Assembly: GCA_963719225.1 (NCBI GenBank)
Contig: CAVRAY010000001.1
Coordinates: 3,814,253 to 3,878,252 of the forward strand
Length of the DNA stretch: 64,000 nucleotides
Source of the DNA: Thermoanaerobaculia bacterium
GTDB taxonomy: Bacteria > Acidobacteriota > Thermoanaerobaculia > UBA5066
Direction: 5' to 3'
In this document: positions 12,194-24,653 of the stretch, piece after piece
Layout of the letters: every line of letters starts with the position of its first letter
Position numbering within the stretch: position 1 is the first letter of the stretch
Made by a program: the position numbers and the translations under genes
Notes under the pieces: model-generated
Database searches by the model: none
What the model saw: only the letters and a program-made list of their open reading frames with translations
What the model was told of the DNA's origin: nothing

Positions 12194-12243
12194 CGGCGAC
12201 GGGAACGGTCCTTGCATTGCCGGCGCGAGGCGGGGGTCTTCGC

Positions 12244-12780
12244 ATGTATTTTGGGATCGCCATCGACTGGCACGCGTTGTTCGTCCCGAGCGTTCACGTT
12301 CTGGAAATCGTGCTCCGGGGAACTCTCGTCTACCTTTTCCTCGTCGCTCTCTTCCGGCTCCTCCGTCGCGAGGCTGGAGCGATCGGCACCCCCGATCTCC
12401 TCCTCGTCGTGCTCGTCGCCGACGCCTCGCAGAACGCAATGGCGAACGAATACAAGTCCGTGACGGATGGCCTCGTTCTCGTATCGACACTCGCGTTCTG
12501 GAACTTCGCGCTCGACTGGGCCACCCACCGCTTTCGGGGACTGAAGAAGCTCCTCGAGCCGGCGCCCCTCCTCGTAATCAGGGACGGCCAAGTCCTCCAG
12601 AAGAACCTGCGGAAGGAGATGCTCGGGATTGGCGATCTCAGGTCCCTTCTCCGCGAGAAGGGAATCGAGAGCCCGGCGGAGGTCAAGCGGGGGTATCTCG
12701 AATCGGACGGCGAGCTCAGCGTGATCCGCAAGAGGGGCGCGGCGGACTCCACGCGATCGCCCGGCGGGCCCGCACGCTGA
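12244..12780 (+). CDS. DUF421/YetF family membrane protein
   Basis: EIVLRGTLVYLFL..ADASQNAM..P.LVIRDGQV..LREKGI..LESDGELSV. Confidence 0.9.
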   Translation: MYFGIAIDWHALFVPSVHVLEIVLRGTLVYLFLVALFRLLRREAGAIGTPDLLLVVLVADASQNAMANEYKSVTDGLVLVSTLAFWNFALDWATHRFRGLKKLLEPAPLLVIRDGQVLQKNLRKEMLGIGDLRSLLREKGIESPAEVKRGYLESDGELSVIRKRGAADSTRSPGGPAR

Positions 12781-12886
12781 GTTCCTGAGACCACGATGTC
12801 AACTCGCGCGCGGGGCAGGCATGCTTGCTCACGTACACTGATTCGGCACTCGCGAGAGACCGGATGAAAAGTCCTAACACAAAGCA

Positions 12887-12965
12887 GCACGCACCGGATC
12901 GCTACATCGCCGCGCTGCAGCCGGAGGACCGCGTCACCGAGCTCGGCGACCGGGTCTGAGCCGTC
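12887..12965 (+). repeat. 79-bp direct repeat, copy 2 (orphan lipase 3' end)
   Basis: Encodes HAPDRYIAALQPEDRVTELGDRV-stop versus ...GDLV-stop in copy 1. Confidence 0.95.
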
Positions 12966-12972
12966 GCGCGCG

Positions 12973-13938
12973 CTAGATCGCCATCGCCCCCGCCGTCACG
13001 TCTTCCTCCCGGAAGAGGTCCGTCGAGATGTAGCGCTCCGAGGTGTCGGGAACCACGAACACGATGAGCTTGCCGGCGCTTTCGGGGCGCTTCGCGATCT
13101 CGACGGCCGCGTGCGCCGCGGCGCCGGAAGAGATCCCGCCGAGGATTCCTTCCTCCTTCGCGAGTCGCCGTGCCATCGCGAACGACTCCTCGTTCGAGAC
13201 CTGGAACGTGTCGTCCACGTACGCCGGATCGAGGTTCTTCGGAATGAAGCCGGCTCCGAGCCCCTGGATCTTGTGCGGACCCGGCGCGCCGCCGGAGATC
13301 ACGGCCGAGCTCGCCGGCTCGACGGCGATGATCCTCAGCGAGGGCTTCTTCGGTTTCCAGAATCGCCCGACGCCGGTGATCGTGCCGCCCGTGCCCACGC
13401 CCGCCACGAAGATGTCCATCTTGCCGTCCGTGTCGTTCCAGAGTTCGGGGCCCGTCGTGGCTTCGTGAATGGCCGGATTCGCCGGATTCTCGAATTGCTG
13501 CGGCTGGACGCCGTTCGGCCCGTACTCGGCGAGAAGGTCCTGCGCCTTCGCGATCGCGCCCTTCATTCCCATGGGCCCCGGCGTCAGGACGACTTCCGCG
13601 CCGAGAAGCTTGAGGACCTTGCGCCGCTCCACGGACATGGTCTCGGGCATCGTGAGGATGAGGCGGTAGCCTCTGGCCGCCGCGACGAAGGCCAGGCCGA
13701 TCCCGGTGTTCCCCGACGTGGGCTCGATGAGCACGGTCCGGCCGGGCGCGATCTTCCCCGCCTTTTCGAGCGCGTCGATCATGGAAACGCCGATGCGGTC
13801 CTTGACGGAATGGGCGGGGTTGAAGAACTCGAGCTTCGCCGCAACCGTCGCGCCCTCCGCGACGCCGGCCGTCAGCCGGTTGATCCTCACGAGGGGGGTG
13901 TTCCCGATCAGCTTCGTGATGTCGGCGGCAATTCTCAT
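12973..13938 (-). CDS. cysK: Cysteine synthase A
   Basis: IGNTPLV, SVKDR (PLP lysine), [20 protein letters not shown]. Confidence 0.96.
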   Translation of the reverse strand: MRIAADITKLIGNTPLVRINRLTAGVAEGATVAAKLEFFNPAHSVKDRIGVSMIDALEKAGKIAPGRTVLIEPTSGNTGIGLAFVAAARGYRLILTMPETMSVERRKVLKLLGAEVVLTPGPMGMKGAIAKAQDLLAEYGPNGVQPQQFENPANPAIHEATTGPELWNDTDGKMDIFVAGVGTGGTITGVGRFWKPKKPSLRIIAVEPASSAVISGGAPGPHKIQGLGAGFIPKNLDPAYVDDTFQVSNEESFAMARRLAKEEGILGGISSGAAAHAAVEIAKRPESAGKLIVFVVPDTSERYISTDLFREEDVTAGAMAI

Positions 13939-14022
13939 GATGATTCCCCCTCGGAGCGCGCCGGATTGGCCGGCGCGTGACTTGCTACAGCTCAGGCGGA
14001 GAAGGTGCCCGTGACTTCCTCT

Positions 14023-14436
14023 TCAGATCGAGTACGTCAGCTCCTCGCGCTCGGCCTTTACCTCGGCGACGAGATTCGCGATCGTGATCCCCGAGAGAAA
14101 TCTCCGGTGAGTCTCCGAGAGCTCACGGTCGAGCCTCTGGATGGCACCCGGCATCGCGGACTGGTCGGGACCCGGCTCGCGTCCCTCGCGGGAGTAGAGC
14201 GAGACGACCGAGAGCGTCGTCACCGCGGGAGCGAGCGGCGTCGGCCGGTATCCACCGTTTCTGCCGCGGCCGGCCGCGACCCAGCCGCTCCTCACGAGCG
14301 GCAGGAGAAGCTGGTGCACGGAATCCCGCGAGAGCTCGAGCCAGACCGCGAGCTGAGCAGACGTCACGTCCGGGCCCGCGCGGTAGACGAGCTCGACGAG
14401 GGCCTGGACTGCTTTCTTCTGCCGCGTGTTTAGAAT
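14023..14436 (-). CDS. Rrf2 family transcriptional regulator (CymR-like, no Fe-S cysteines); start uncertain
   Basis: L..SG.V...RG.NGGY winged helix, ITIANLV, terminal YSI; homology extends upstream of GTG 14367 to an ATT at 14436. Confidence 0.8.
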   Translation of the reverse strand: MLNTRQKKAVQALVELVYRAGPDVTSAQLAVWLELSRDSVHQLLLPLVRSGWVAAGRGRNGGYRPTPLAPAVTTLSVVSLYSREGREPGPDQSAMPGAIQRLDRELSETHRRFLSGITIANLVAEVKAEREELTYSI

Positions 14437-14472
14437 GGCTAAAAACCCCTTCGACTTTATCGAGTAACAATC

Positions 14473-15819
14473 ATGCGAGCCCGAAAAGAAATGTCAAGCT
14501 TCGCCCTCCTTCTCACCGTCGCACTCGTTTCACGAGTGGCTCTCGCGCAGCATTCCGTTCCGCCTCCGGGGACCGCGGCCCCGGGCGCGCGGGCCGAACG
14601 CCGCACGGCGATCGTCGAGGCGGTCGAGAAGATCGGGCCGGCCGTCGTCAACATCTCCGCGGAGCGTCTCGTCCAGCAGCGCCGGACCTCGCTCGACGCC
14701 TTTCTGGGCTTCGACGCGCGCCCTCAGGGCTACAGGACCGAGTCTCTGGGGTCCGGCGTGATCCTCGATTCCTCGGGCGTCGTCGTGACGAACGACCACG
14801 TCATCTCGGGAGCTTCGAGGATCTGGGTCACGACCGCCGACGGCCGGGAGCTCGAGGCGAAGCTGGAGGGCGCGGACGCGGACAACGATCTCGCCGTCCT
14901 GACCGTGGATCCGAAGAACCTGAGGTCCGCGCGGATCGGGACGACGTCGGACCTGATGATCGGGGAGACCGTGATCGCGATCGGGAATCCCTTCGGCCTC
15001 TCGAACACGGTCACGACGGGAATCGTCTCCGCGGTGCACCGCACCGTGAAGGGCGAGTCGGGCCGCAACTATTCGGACTTCCTGCAGACCGACGCGGCAA
15101 TCAACCCCGGGAATTCCGGGGGCGCGCTCGTGAACGTCCTCGGGGAGCTCATCGGCATCAACACGGCGATCGTGGGCGGCGCGAACACGATCGGTTTCGC
15201 GATCCCGATCGATCGGGCGCGCCGCGTCGTCGACGAGCTGCTCCATTACGGAGAGGTCAAGTCCGTCTGGCTGGGCCTGAGAGGAACGACCGTCGGCCTC
15301 GGAAATCCGCGCTCGCAGTCTCGCGGGCAGGGGCTGCGCGTGCGGTCGGTGTATCCCAACTCCCCGGCGGCGCGCGCAGGTCTCGAGCCCGGCGACGTCG
15401 TCGTCTCGATCGACGGCCGCCCGATCGAGGGGCGCGAGGACTTCGACACGGCCCTCACCTCCGCCGGAACGGGCCGGACGCTCACGGTCGCCTTCCGGCG
15501 CGACGGCCAGGACCGGACGGTTCGCCTCACGACCGAGCGCACGCCCGACGACCTCGGCCTCGAGATCCTGCGCCGCGAGCTCGGCCTCGGGGTGCGCGAA
15601 ACGCGCAACGGGCCCATGGTCGTCTCCGTGACGCGCAACTCCCCCGCCGACGACAAGGGTCTCGACCGGGGTGACCTCCTTCTCGCCGTGAACAACCGCA
15701 AGGTGAAGACCGTCGAGGAGCTCGCGAAGTCCGTCGAAGGCGGCTTCTCGCGCTCGAGCCTCGTCCTCTCCGTCTGGCGCGAGCCGTACCTCTACAACGT
15801 CACGTTCGGGCTGGAGTAG
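14473..15819 (+). CDS. HtrA/DegP-like serine protease with two PDZ domains
   Basis: Signal peptide; TNDHV, DLAVL, INPGNSGG; two PDZ domains (SPAARAGL, SPADDKGL); start may be 14491. Confidence 0.93.
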   Translation: MRARKEMSSFALLLTVALVSRVALAQHSVPPPGTAAPGARAERRTAIVEAVEKIGPAVVNISAERLVQQRRTSLDAFLGFDARPQGYRTESLGSGVILDSSGVVVTNDHVISGASRIWVTTADGRELEAKLEGADADNDLAVLTVDPKNLRSARIGTTSDLMIGETVIAIGNPFGLSNTVTTGIVSAVHRTVKGESGRNYSDFLQTDAAINPGNSGGALVNVLGELIGINTAIVGGANTIGFAIPIDRARRVVDELLHYGEVKSVWLGLRGTTVGLGNPRSQSRGQGLRVRSVYPNSPAARAGLEPGDVVVSIDGRPIEGREDFDTALTSAGTGRTLTVAFRRDGQDRTVRLTTERTPDDLGLEILRRELGLGVRETRNGPMVVSVTRNSPADDKGLDRGDLLLAVNNRKVKTVEELAKSVEGGFSRSSLVLSVWREPYLYNVTFGLE

Positions 15820-16732
15820 AGAACTTCAGCTCCGACACCACGATGCCGAGAAGGACGAAGGCGGCGCCCGTCCAATCGCGGCCGGTCATGCGCTCGCCGA
15901 GGAACAGCGCCGCGAAAAGGGCGGTGAAGACCGGCTCGAGCGCGAAGAGGATCGCGGCGTGCGTTGCGGGCATGCGCTGCTGCGCCCACGTCTGCGCGAG
16001 GAACGTGACGACGGTCGCGACGAGCGCCATCCACAGGATTGCGGCCGTGATTCGCGGCGTCCACGCAAGGGAGCGGCTCTCCGCCACGGCGAATGTTCCC
16101 CCTCCCGAGAGAAACGGCGCGAGCGCGAGCCGCGCCACGCCCACGGCGACCGCCGCCGCCGCGATCTGTCCGAAGGAATACCAGCGCACGTCGTGGTTGG
16201 GAGCGGTCTCCGCCATGATGACGATGAGGATCGCGTAGGATACGGCGGTCCCGACGATCAGGAGGTCTCCCTTGTTCCACCCGGCGGCGCCCTCCGGCCA
16301 CGTCAGCACCGCGAATCCGGCGGCTGCCAGGACGAGCCCGGCCAGGTTCTCCCGCGAGGGCTTCTTCCTCGTCATGAGATAGCCCGCGACGGGGGTCAAA
16401 GGAACCGAAAGCCCCGTGACGAACGCGGCCTTGCTCGCCGTCGTGAAGAGCTGGCCGGAGATCTGGCTTCCGATTCCGATCGCGAGGAGGATCCCGATGA
16501 CCGCGCTGTCTCGCGCGAGGTTCGGCGTGACGGGACGGCCGCGCGCGAAGACGTAAAGGACGAGGCCCGCTAGCGTGAACCTCACGAGGACGAAGACGAG
16601 AGGCGGCGCCGTCTCGAGGGCGAGCCGGTTCACGATGAAGGTCGAGCCCCAGATCGCCGTCACGAGGACGAGCACGAGATCGGCTTTCAGAGCCTCGTCG
16701 CGGGGCACGGAAACGCCGGTCGGTCCGGTCAT
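15800..16732 (-). CDS. DMT/EamA family transporter
   Basis: IWGSTF, RFTLA, TTASKAAFVTGL, LEPVF; about 10 TM segments. Confidence 0.92.
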   Translation of the reverse strand: MTGPTGVSVPRDEALKADLVLVLVTAIWGSTFIVNRLALETAPPLVFVLVRFTLAGLVLYVFARGRPVTPNLARDSAVIGILLAIGIGSQISGQLFTTASKAAFVTGLSVPLTPVAGYLMTRKKPSRENLAGLVLAAAGFAVLTWPEGAAGWNKGDLLIVGTAVSYAILIVIMAETAPNHDVRWYSFGQIAAAAVAVGVARLALAPFLSGGGTFAVAESRSLAWTPRITAAILWMALVATVVTFLAQTWAQQRMPATHAAILFALEPVFTALFAALFLGERMTGRDWTGAAFVLLGIVVSELKFSTPART

Positions 16733-16779
16733 GAGCCGCGCATCATGCCCCAGACCGTGGCTGTTATCCTCGCCGCCCG

Positions 16780-18201
16780 ATGACGGCTCCCCGCGTGCGC
16801 TTCGCGCCTTCCCCGACGGGTTCCCTGCACGTCGGAGGGGCGCGCACGGCTCTCTACAACTGGCTTTTCGCGCGCCGCCACGGGGGGACGTTCCTTCTCC
16901 GCATCGAGGACACGGACATCGAAAGGAGCCGCCGCGAGCTCACGGACCAGATCCTCCATGCCATGCGCTGGCTCGGCCTCGACTGGGACGAGGGCCCGTT
17001 CTTCCAGAGCGAGCGCGGCTCCCTCTACCGCGAAGCCGCGGATCGTCTCCTCGCGAAAGGGAAGGCGTATCGCGCCTTCGAGACGCCCGAGGAGCTCGAG
17101 GCGATGAAGAAGGCCGCGGAGGCCGCCGGCAGCGCGTTTCGATACGACGGGAAGGCGCGCGCGATCCCGAAGGATGAGTCCGACCGTCGCGCCGCCTCCG
17201 GCGAGAAATTCGTCGTACGGCTGCGCGTTCCCGACGGGCCTCTCGTCGTGGATGACGTCGTGCAGGGACGGACGGAGTTTCCCGCGGGCGCGCTGGACGA
17301 TTTCGTCCTCGTACGTTCGGACGGGCATCCGCTCTACCACTTCACGGTCTGCGTGGACGATGTCGCGATGGGGATCACGCACGTGATCCGCGGCGTCGAC
17401 CATCTCCCGAACGCGCCGAAGCACGTGGCGCTGTTCCGCGCGCTCTCGGCCCCCGAGCCCGTCTTCGCGCACCTCGGGATGATCCTCGGCACCGACGGCA
17501 AGAAGCTGAGCAAGAGGCACGGCGGGGCGGGCGTGGAGGAGTTCGAGGCGCAGGGCTACCTGCCGGCCGCGCTCGACAACTTCCTCGCTCTCCTGGGCTG
17601 GTCGCCGGGCGAGGACCGGGAACGGATGACCCTGGCCGAGATGGTCGCGCTGTTTTCGCTCGAGCGCATCGGACCTTCCCCTTCGCGCTTCGACCACGAG
17701 AAGCTCGCCTGGCTGAACGGGCAGTACCTCCAGGAGATCCCGGAGGCGGAGCTCGTCGGGATGCTGACGCCGTTCGGGATTCCCGACCTCGACCCCGTGC
17801 TCCTCGGCCGGGCGATCGCGCTCCATCGCTCCCGGGCGCGTACGCTCACAGAGCTCGCGCACGCCCTCGCGATCTACGGCAGCGACCCGAAGAATTTCGA
17901 CGCGGCCGGCATGAAGAAGTTCGGGAAACCGGAAGCCGCGCCTCTCGTGCGCGAGCTCGCCGAGAGGCTTTCGGCGATCGAGCCGTTCACGCGCGGGGCG
18001 CTCGAGGAGGCCGCCCGGGCGCTCGCAGCCGAGAAAGGCCTCAAGCTGGGCGACCTCGCGCAGCCTGCCCGCCTCGCCCTCACCGGCGTTCTCGCGTCTC
18101 CCCCGCTCTTCGAGCTCATCGAGGTTCTGGGCCGGGGGACGTCCCGGCGGCGCCTTCTGGCTTTCGCGGATCTCCTCGCGAGACAGCCGGCCGCGCACTG
18201 A
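16780..18201 (+). CDS. gltX: Glutamate--tRNA ligase
   Basis: [12 protein letters not shown] (HIGH), RIEDTD, KLSKR. Confidence 0.96.
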   Translation: MTAPRVRFAPSPTGSLHVGGARTALYNWLFARRHGGTFLLRIEDTDIERSRRELTDQILHAMRWLGLDWDEGPFFQSERGSLYREAADRLLAKGKAYRAFETPEELEAMKKAAEAAGSAFRYDGKARAIPKDESDRRAASGEKFVVRLRVPDGPLVVDDVVQGRTEFPAGALDDFVLVRSDGHPLYHFTVCVDDVAMGITHVIRGVDHLPNAPKHVALFRALSAPEPVFAHLGMILGTDGKKLSKRHGGAGVEEFEAQGYLPAALDNFLALLGWSPGEDRERMTLAEMVALFSLERIGPSPSRFDHEKLAWLNGQYLQEIPEAELVGMLTPFGIPDLDPVLLGRAIALHRSRARTLTELAHALAIYGSDPKNFDAAGMKKFGKPEAAPLVRELAERLSAIEPFTRGALEEAARALAAEKGLKLGDLAQPARLALTGVLASPPLFELIEVLGRGTSRRRLLAFADLLARQPAAH

Positions 18202-18208
18202 GGAGACC

Positions 18209-19924
<1,716 letters not shown>

Positions 19925-19971
19925 GCGCCTCGTCTTCGATGAATCTAGAATCAGCCGTGGAGGCCCCCTGG

Positions 19972-21180
19972 ATGAGCAAGCCCCTCTACATCGCCGCCTA
20001 CCACCAGTCGAAGTTCGGGAAGCTGATGGGGATGACCGTCCCCGAGATCGTCACCCGGGCCGTCGAAGAGACCTCCTCCTCGATCGGAGTTCCCGCGTCC
20101 GCGCTCGACGTCGCTTCCATCGGCGCCACGTGCAACTTCTCGCTGAACGAGCAGGGCCTCCTCGCCGGTCTCGTCGCGATGGTTCCGGGGATGGGCGCCA
20201 AGCCGATCGAGGCCGTCGAGAACGCCTGCGCGTCCGGCGGGCAGGCGGTCGTCTCGGTCGCGCAGAAGCTCCTCCTCGGCGAAGGCGACACCGGCATCGC
20301 CGTCGGCTACGAGAAGATGCGCGACGCCGAAGGGAAGATGGACGGCAAGCTCATCGGAAAGGTGCTCGGCTATTTCTCGCACCCGAACGAGCGCGACGGG
20401 AAGGTCTTCGTCTTCCCGCACCTCTTCGCCGAGGTGATGGACGCGTACATGAAGGAGCACGGCGCCACCGAGGCCGACCTCGCGGCGATCGCCGTCCAGG
20501 AGTACGCAAACGCCCGCCACAATCCCTTTGCGCAGATGCAGCGAAACGACGTGACGCTCGAGAAGGCCGTGGCCATCGAGGGCATCAACCGCTACGTGGT
20601 GGACGGGCTTCCGCTGAAGACCTACGATTGCTCGCAGATCACGGACGGCTACGCGGGGATCATCCTCGCGACGGAAGAGGGGCTCGCGAAGCTGGGTGTC
20701 GCGAAGGCCGATACGGTGAGACTCGCCGGCTTCGCCCAGGCAACGGATCCGCTCCAAAAGGCGGGCCGCGACGTGCTGCACCCCTGCGGCGCGCGCGCCG
20801 CCATGGCGAAGGCCTACGCGCGTGCGGGCGTCCGCCCGGACGACGTCAACGTGGCCGAGGTGCACGACTGCTTCACCGTCATGGGAGCGATCGGAACCGA
20901 AGTCATCGGCAAGGCGCCCGCCGGAAAGGGAGCGCGCTACTGGGTCGAGGGCAAGGCCCGGCCGGACGGCGCGTGCGGCATCAACACGTCGGGCGGGCTC
21001 ATTGCGAAGGGACATCCGATCGGCGCGACGGGCATCGCGATGGTCGGCTGGTCCTCGTGGCAGCTCCTCGGAAAGGTGCCCAAGGAGCTGCAAGTCCCAA
21101 ACCCCCGCGCCGCGGCCACGTTCAACATCGGCGGTCCGATCTGCGCGTCGGTCTGCACCGTCCTGACGCCGGCGACGTAG
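19972..21180 (+). CDS. Thiolase family protein (SCP2/archaeal-type, HDCF motif)
   Basis: ENACASG, EVHDCF, GHPIGATG, NIGG. Confidence 0.88.
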   Translation: MSKPLYIAAYHQSKFGKLMGMTVPEIVTRAVEETSSSIGVPASALDVASIGATCNFSLNEQGLLAGLVAMVPGMGAKPIEAVENACASGGQAVVSVAQKLLLGEGDTGIAVGYEKMRDAEGKMDGKLIGKVLGYFSHPNERDGKVFVFPHLFAEVMDAYMKEHGATEADLAAIAVQEYANARHNPFAQMQRNDVTLEKAVAIEGINRYVVDGLPLKTYDCSQITDGYAGIILATEEGLAKLGVAKADTVRLAGFAQATDPLQKAGRDVLHPCGARAAMAKAYARAGVRPDDVNVAEVHDCFTVMGAIGTEVIGKAPAGKGARYWVEGKARPDGACGINTSGGLIAKGHPIGATGIAMVGWSSWQLLGKVPKELQVPNPRAAATFNIGGPICASVCTVLTPAT

Positions 21181-21193
21181 GCCGCGGCGGCGC

Positions 21194-21592
21194 GTGACGG
21201 CCCGGAGACGGCTCCTTCTCTGGGCGCCCGTGGCGCTTCTCCTCGGGTACGAGTTCTTCCTCTCGTCGCAGCCGCCGAGCGGTCTGCCCGATCTCGGGCC
21301 CTGGTTCTGGGAGAAGGACAAGGCCGAGCACGCCGTCTATTTCTTCCTCACCGGCCTTCTCGCCGTCCGGGCCGCGCGCGTCGGCGAAGGGTGGAGTCGC
21401 GGAAAGACGGCCGTCTTCCTGATTCTCGCAGCCTGCATCTGGGGCTGCTCCGACGAGATCCACCAGTCGTTCACGTCCGGCCGCGACGTCGAGATCGGCG
21501 ACGTCCTCGCCGACACGGCCGGCGTCGCGCTCGCGGTGGCATTTGGAGAAAAGATTCTGAGAAGGCTCGGAGGGGACCGGACGATCGCCTGA
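21194..21592 (+). CDS. VanZ family membrane protein
   Basis: DKAEH, SDEIHQSFTSGR, DVLADTAG. Confidence 0.88.
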   Translation: MTARRRLLLWAPVALLLGYEFFLSSQPPSGLPDLGPWFWEKDKAEHAVYFFLTGLLAVRAARVGEGWSRGKTAVFLILAACIWGCSDEIHQSFTSGRDVEIGDVLADTAGVALAVAFGEKILRRLGGDRTIA

Positions 21593-21604
21593 GCGGCGCG
21601 CCGT

Positions 21605-21634
21605 TTGACCACGGCCGCGCCGCCCGCTCATAAT
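21605..21634 (+). promoter_or_regulatory. Sigma70-type promoter of tRNA-Gln
   Basis: TTGACC-N18-CATAAT followed by a GC-rich discriminator. Confidence 0.65.
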
Positions 21635-21650
21635 CCGCCGCTCTCCTCGC

Positions 21651-21724
21651 TGGGGGGTCGTCCAACGGTAGGACTCCAGACTCTGGATCTGGCTATCGGG
21701 GTTCAAATCCCTGCCCCCCAGCCA
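21651..21724 (+). tRNA. tRNA-Gln(CTG)
   Basis: TGGGGGG acceptor stem, anticodon arm CCAGA-CTCTGGA-TCTGG, GTTCAAATC T-loop, CCA end. Confidence 0.96.
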
Positions 21725-21792
21725 TTCTGTCTCTCGGATTTCCGAAACGCTCCAGCGCCACTCACCCTTCTAAGAATCTTCGAGTTTTCTCT

Positions 21793-22287
21793 TCAATCCC
21801 TCGCGAGCGACCGGAAGAACGCGGCGAGATCCTCGGGCCTCCCGCTGCCCTGATACGTGACGGAGATCGCGCCGCCGGAACGCGAGGCTTTCGGAGGACG
21901 GCCCGGCCGTCCGCGTCGCACGGAGGTCGCCGCCGCGGGCGTCCTCGTGCCGCGAACCGCGCGCTGCCGCTTCGAGCCGGCGGGGCGCAGGCGCGAGACG
22001 TCCGGCGGTCCGAGCCGGATTCCGAACTTTCCGCCCACGGTTTCGATGACTTTCTTGGCCTCGAGCACGGGGTCCTTCTTCAGCATCGCCTTCGCGTACG
22101 CAATGGCGCCCGGACGGTCGATTCCAAGCCGCTTGCGCACATCGCGGATGACGCCCGCGCTGATCGTCTTGGGATTCAGCTTGAACGCCTTGCCGATCGC
22201 CGCCTTCACTTCCCGCTCCGTGAGCGTCTTGTTTTTCTTGAGCGTATCCGTCACGAACGTACGAATACCCGCTACAGTCTTGTCCAT
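21793..22287 (-). CDS. Hypothetical basic protein with tandem helical repeats and AT-hook-like RGRPGRPPK
   Basis: Clean 164-aa ORF with upstream GGGGAGG RBS; very K/R-rich. Confidence 0.75.
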   Translation of the reverse strand: MDKTVAGIRTFVTDTLKKNKTLTEREVKAAIGKAFKLNPKTISAGVIRDVRKRLGIDRPGAIAYAKAMLKKDPVLEAKKVIETVGGKFGIRLGPPDVSRLRPAGSKRQRAVRGTRTPAAATSVRRGRPGRPPKASRSGGAISVTYQGSGRPEDLAAFFRSLARD

Positions 22288-22390
22288 CCGGAAGTTCCTC
22301 CCCTTGCCACAACTCTCTCACAAGACAGACCAAGAGATCAACGTTTGGGGATTCCAGGAGCGCCGGATGTAACGATAGAATACGCTTCTT

Positions 22391-23938
22391 ATGCTCGAAG
22401 AATTCCGCAACGAACCTTTCACCGATTTCTCGCAGGCCGAGGCCCGTTCGGCCTTCGAGTCCGCCCTCGCACGCGTCGAGCGACTGAGAGGCGTCGAGGT
22501 TCCCCTCGTGGTCGGCGGCCGCCGCCTCAGGACCGGTCACCTCCTCGAGAACCGAAATCCGGCCGACCGTGTCGACGTCCTTTCGCGCCATCACCTCGCG
22601 GACCGGAAGACCGCGGCGAAGGCTCTCGAGGTCGCCGTCAAGTCCCAGAAGGCGTGGGGCGACGTCGCGCCGCGCGAGCGGGCCTCCGTACTCCTGCGCG
22701 CCGCGGCGCGCATGCGCGAGAGAAAGCACGATTTCTCCGCCACGATGGTGCTCGAGATCGGCAAGTCCTGGCCGGAAGCCGACGTCGAGACCGCGGAAGC
22801 GATCGACTTCCTCGAGTTCTACGCCCGCGAGATGCTGCGCTGGGGCGGCGAGATTCCCGTGACCCCTTATCGCGGCGAGTTTCCCGAGACGCGCTACCTT
22901 CCTCTCGGCGCCGGCGCCGTCATCCCTCCCTGGAATTTCCCAAATGCGATTCTCACGGGCATGGCGTCCGCGGCCGTGGTCACGGGCAACGCGGTAGTCC
23001 TCAAGCCCGCGTCCGACACGCCGCTCATCGGCTGGAAGGTCTTTCAGGTTCTGGAGGAGGCGGGCGTACCGGACGGCGTCCTGAACTACCTCCCCGGACC
23101 GGGAAGCGAGGTCGGCGATCTTCTGGTCGAGGATCCCGCGACGCGTTTCATCTCGTTCACGGGGTCGAAGGCCGTCGGTCTCGGCATCAACCAGAAAGCG
23201 GCCGCGATCGCGAAGCGCCAGCGATGGATCAAACGCGTCGTCCTCGAGATGGGCGGCAAGGACTTCATCGTCGTCGACGAAGACGCGGACTTCGAGTTCG
23301 CCGTCGCGCAGGTCGTCGCCTCGGCGTTCGGCTTCCAGGGCCAGAAGTGCTCCGCGTGCTCGCGCGCGATCGTCCACCGCCGGATCTACAGACGCTTCGT
23401 CGACGCCGTGATCGCGAAGACGGCGAAGCTCAAGCAGGGGCCGACGCGCGACCACATGAACTATCTCGGGCCGGTCGCGTCCGAGCGCCAGCTCAAGACG
23501 GTCACGGACTACATCAAAGTCGGGAAGCGCGAGGCCCGGCTCGGAACGGGCGGGACGTGGAACGGGAAGGTCGGCAACTTCGTCGCCCCCACGGTCTTCT
23601 ACGACGTCAAGCCGTCGGCGCGCATCTTCCGCGAGGAGATTTTCGGTCCCGTTCTCGCCATCACCGAGGCGAAGGATTTCGAGACGGGGATCGCGCTCGC
23701 GAACGCGTCGGAGTACGGCCTCACGGGCTCTTACTTCGGCCGCGACCGCTTCCGCATCGCGGAGGCCAAGAGGCGCCTTCACTGCGGGAACCTCTACATC
23801 AACAGGAAGTGCACGGGCGCCCTCGTCGGCGTTCATCCGTTCGGCGGCTTCGACATGTCCGGCACGGACAGCAAGGCCGGCGGGCGGGACTACCTCGGGC
23901 TTTTCCTGCAGGCGAAGAGCATCTCGGAAAAGCTCTAG
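22391..23938 (+). CDS. pruA: L-glutamate gamma-semialdehyde (P5C) dehydrogenase, RocA type
   Basis: FRNEPFTDF, PWNFP, FTGS, EMGGKD, GQKCSAC, EEIFGPV, GTDSKAGG. Confidence 0.93.
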   Translation: MLEEFRNEPFTDFSQAEARSAFESALARVERLRGVEVPLVVGGRRLRTGHLLENRNPADRVDVLSRHHLADRKTAAKALEVAVKSQKAWGDVAPRERASVLLRAAARMRERKHDFSATMVLEIGKSWPEADVETAEAIDFLEFYAREMLRWGGEIPVTPYRGEFPETRYLPLGAGAVIPPWNFPNAILTGMASAAVVTGNAVVLKPASDTPLIGWKVFQVLEEAGVPDGVLNYLPGPGSEVGDLLVEDPATRFISFTGSKAVGLGINQKAAAIAKRQRWIKRVVLEMGGKDFIVVDEDADFEFAVAQVVASAFGFQGQKCSACSRAIVHRRIYRRFVDAVIAKTAKLKQGPTRDHMNYLGPVASERQLKTVTDYIKVGKREARLGTGGTWNGKVGNFVAPTVFYDVKPSARIFREEIFGPVLAITEAKDFETGIALANASEYGLTGSYFGRDRFRIAEAKRRLHCGNLYINRKCTGALVGVHPFGGFDMSGTDSKAGGRDYLGLFLQAKSISEKL

Positions 23939-23948
23939 GCCGCCCCCG

Positions 23949-24650
<702 letters not shown>

Positions 24651-24653
24651 GGG

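Noticed and set aside
12870-12900. TCCTAAC resembling an attC inverse core before repeat copy 2
   Set aside because: No matching GTTAGG core or long imperfect palindrome downstream.
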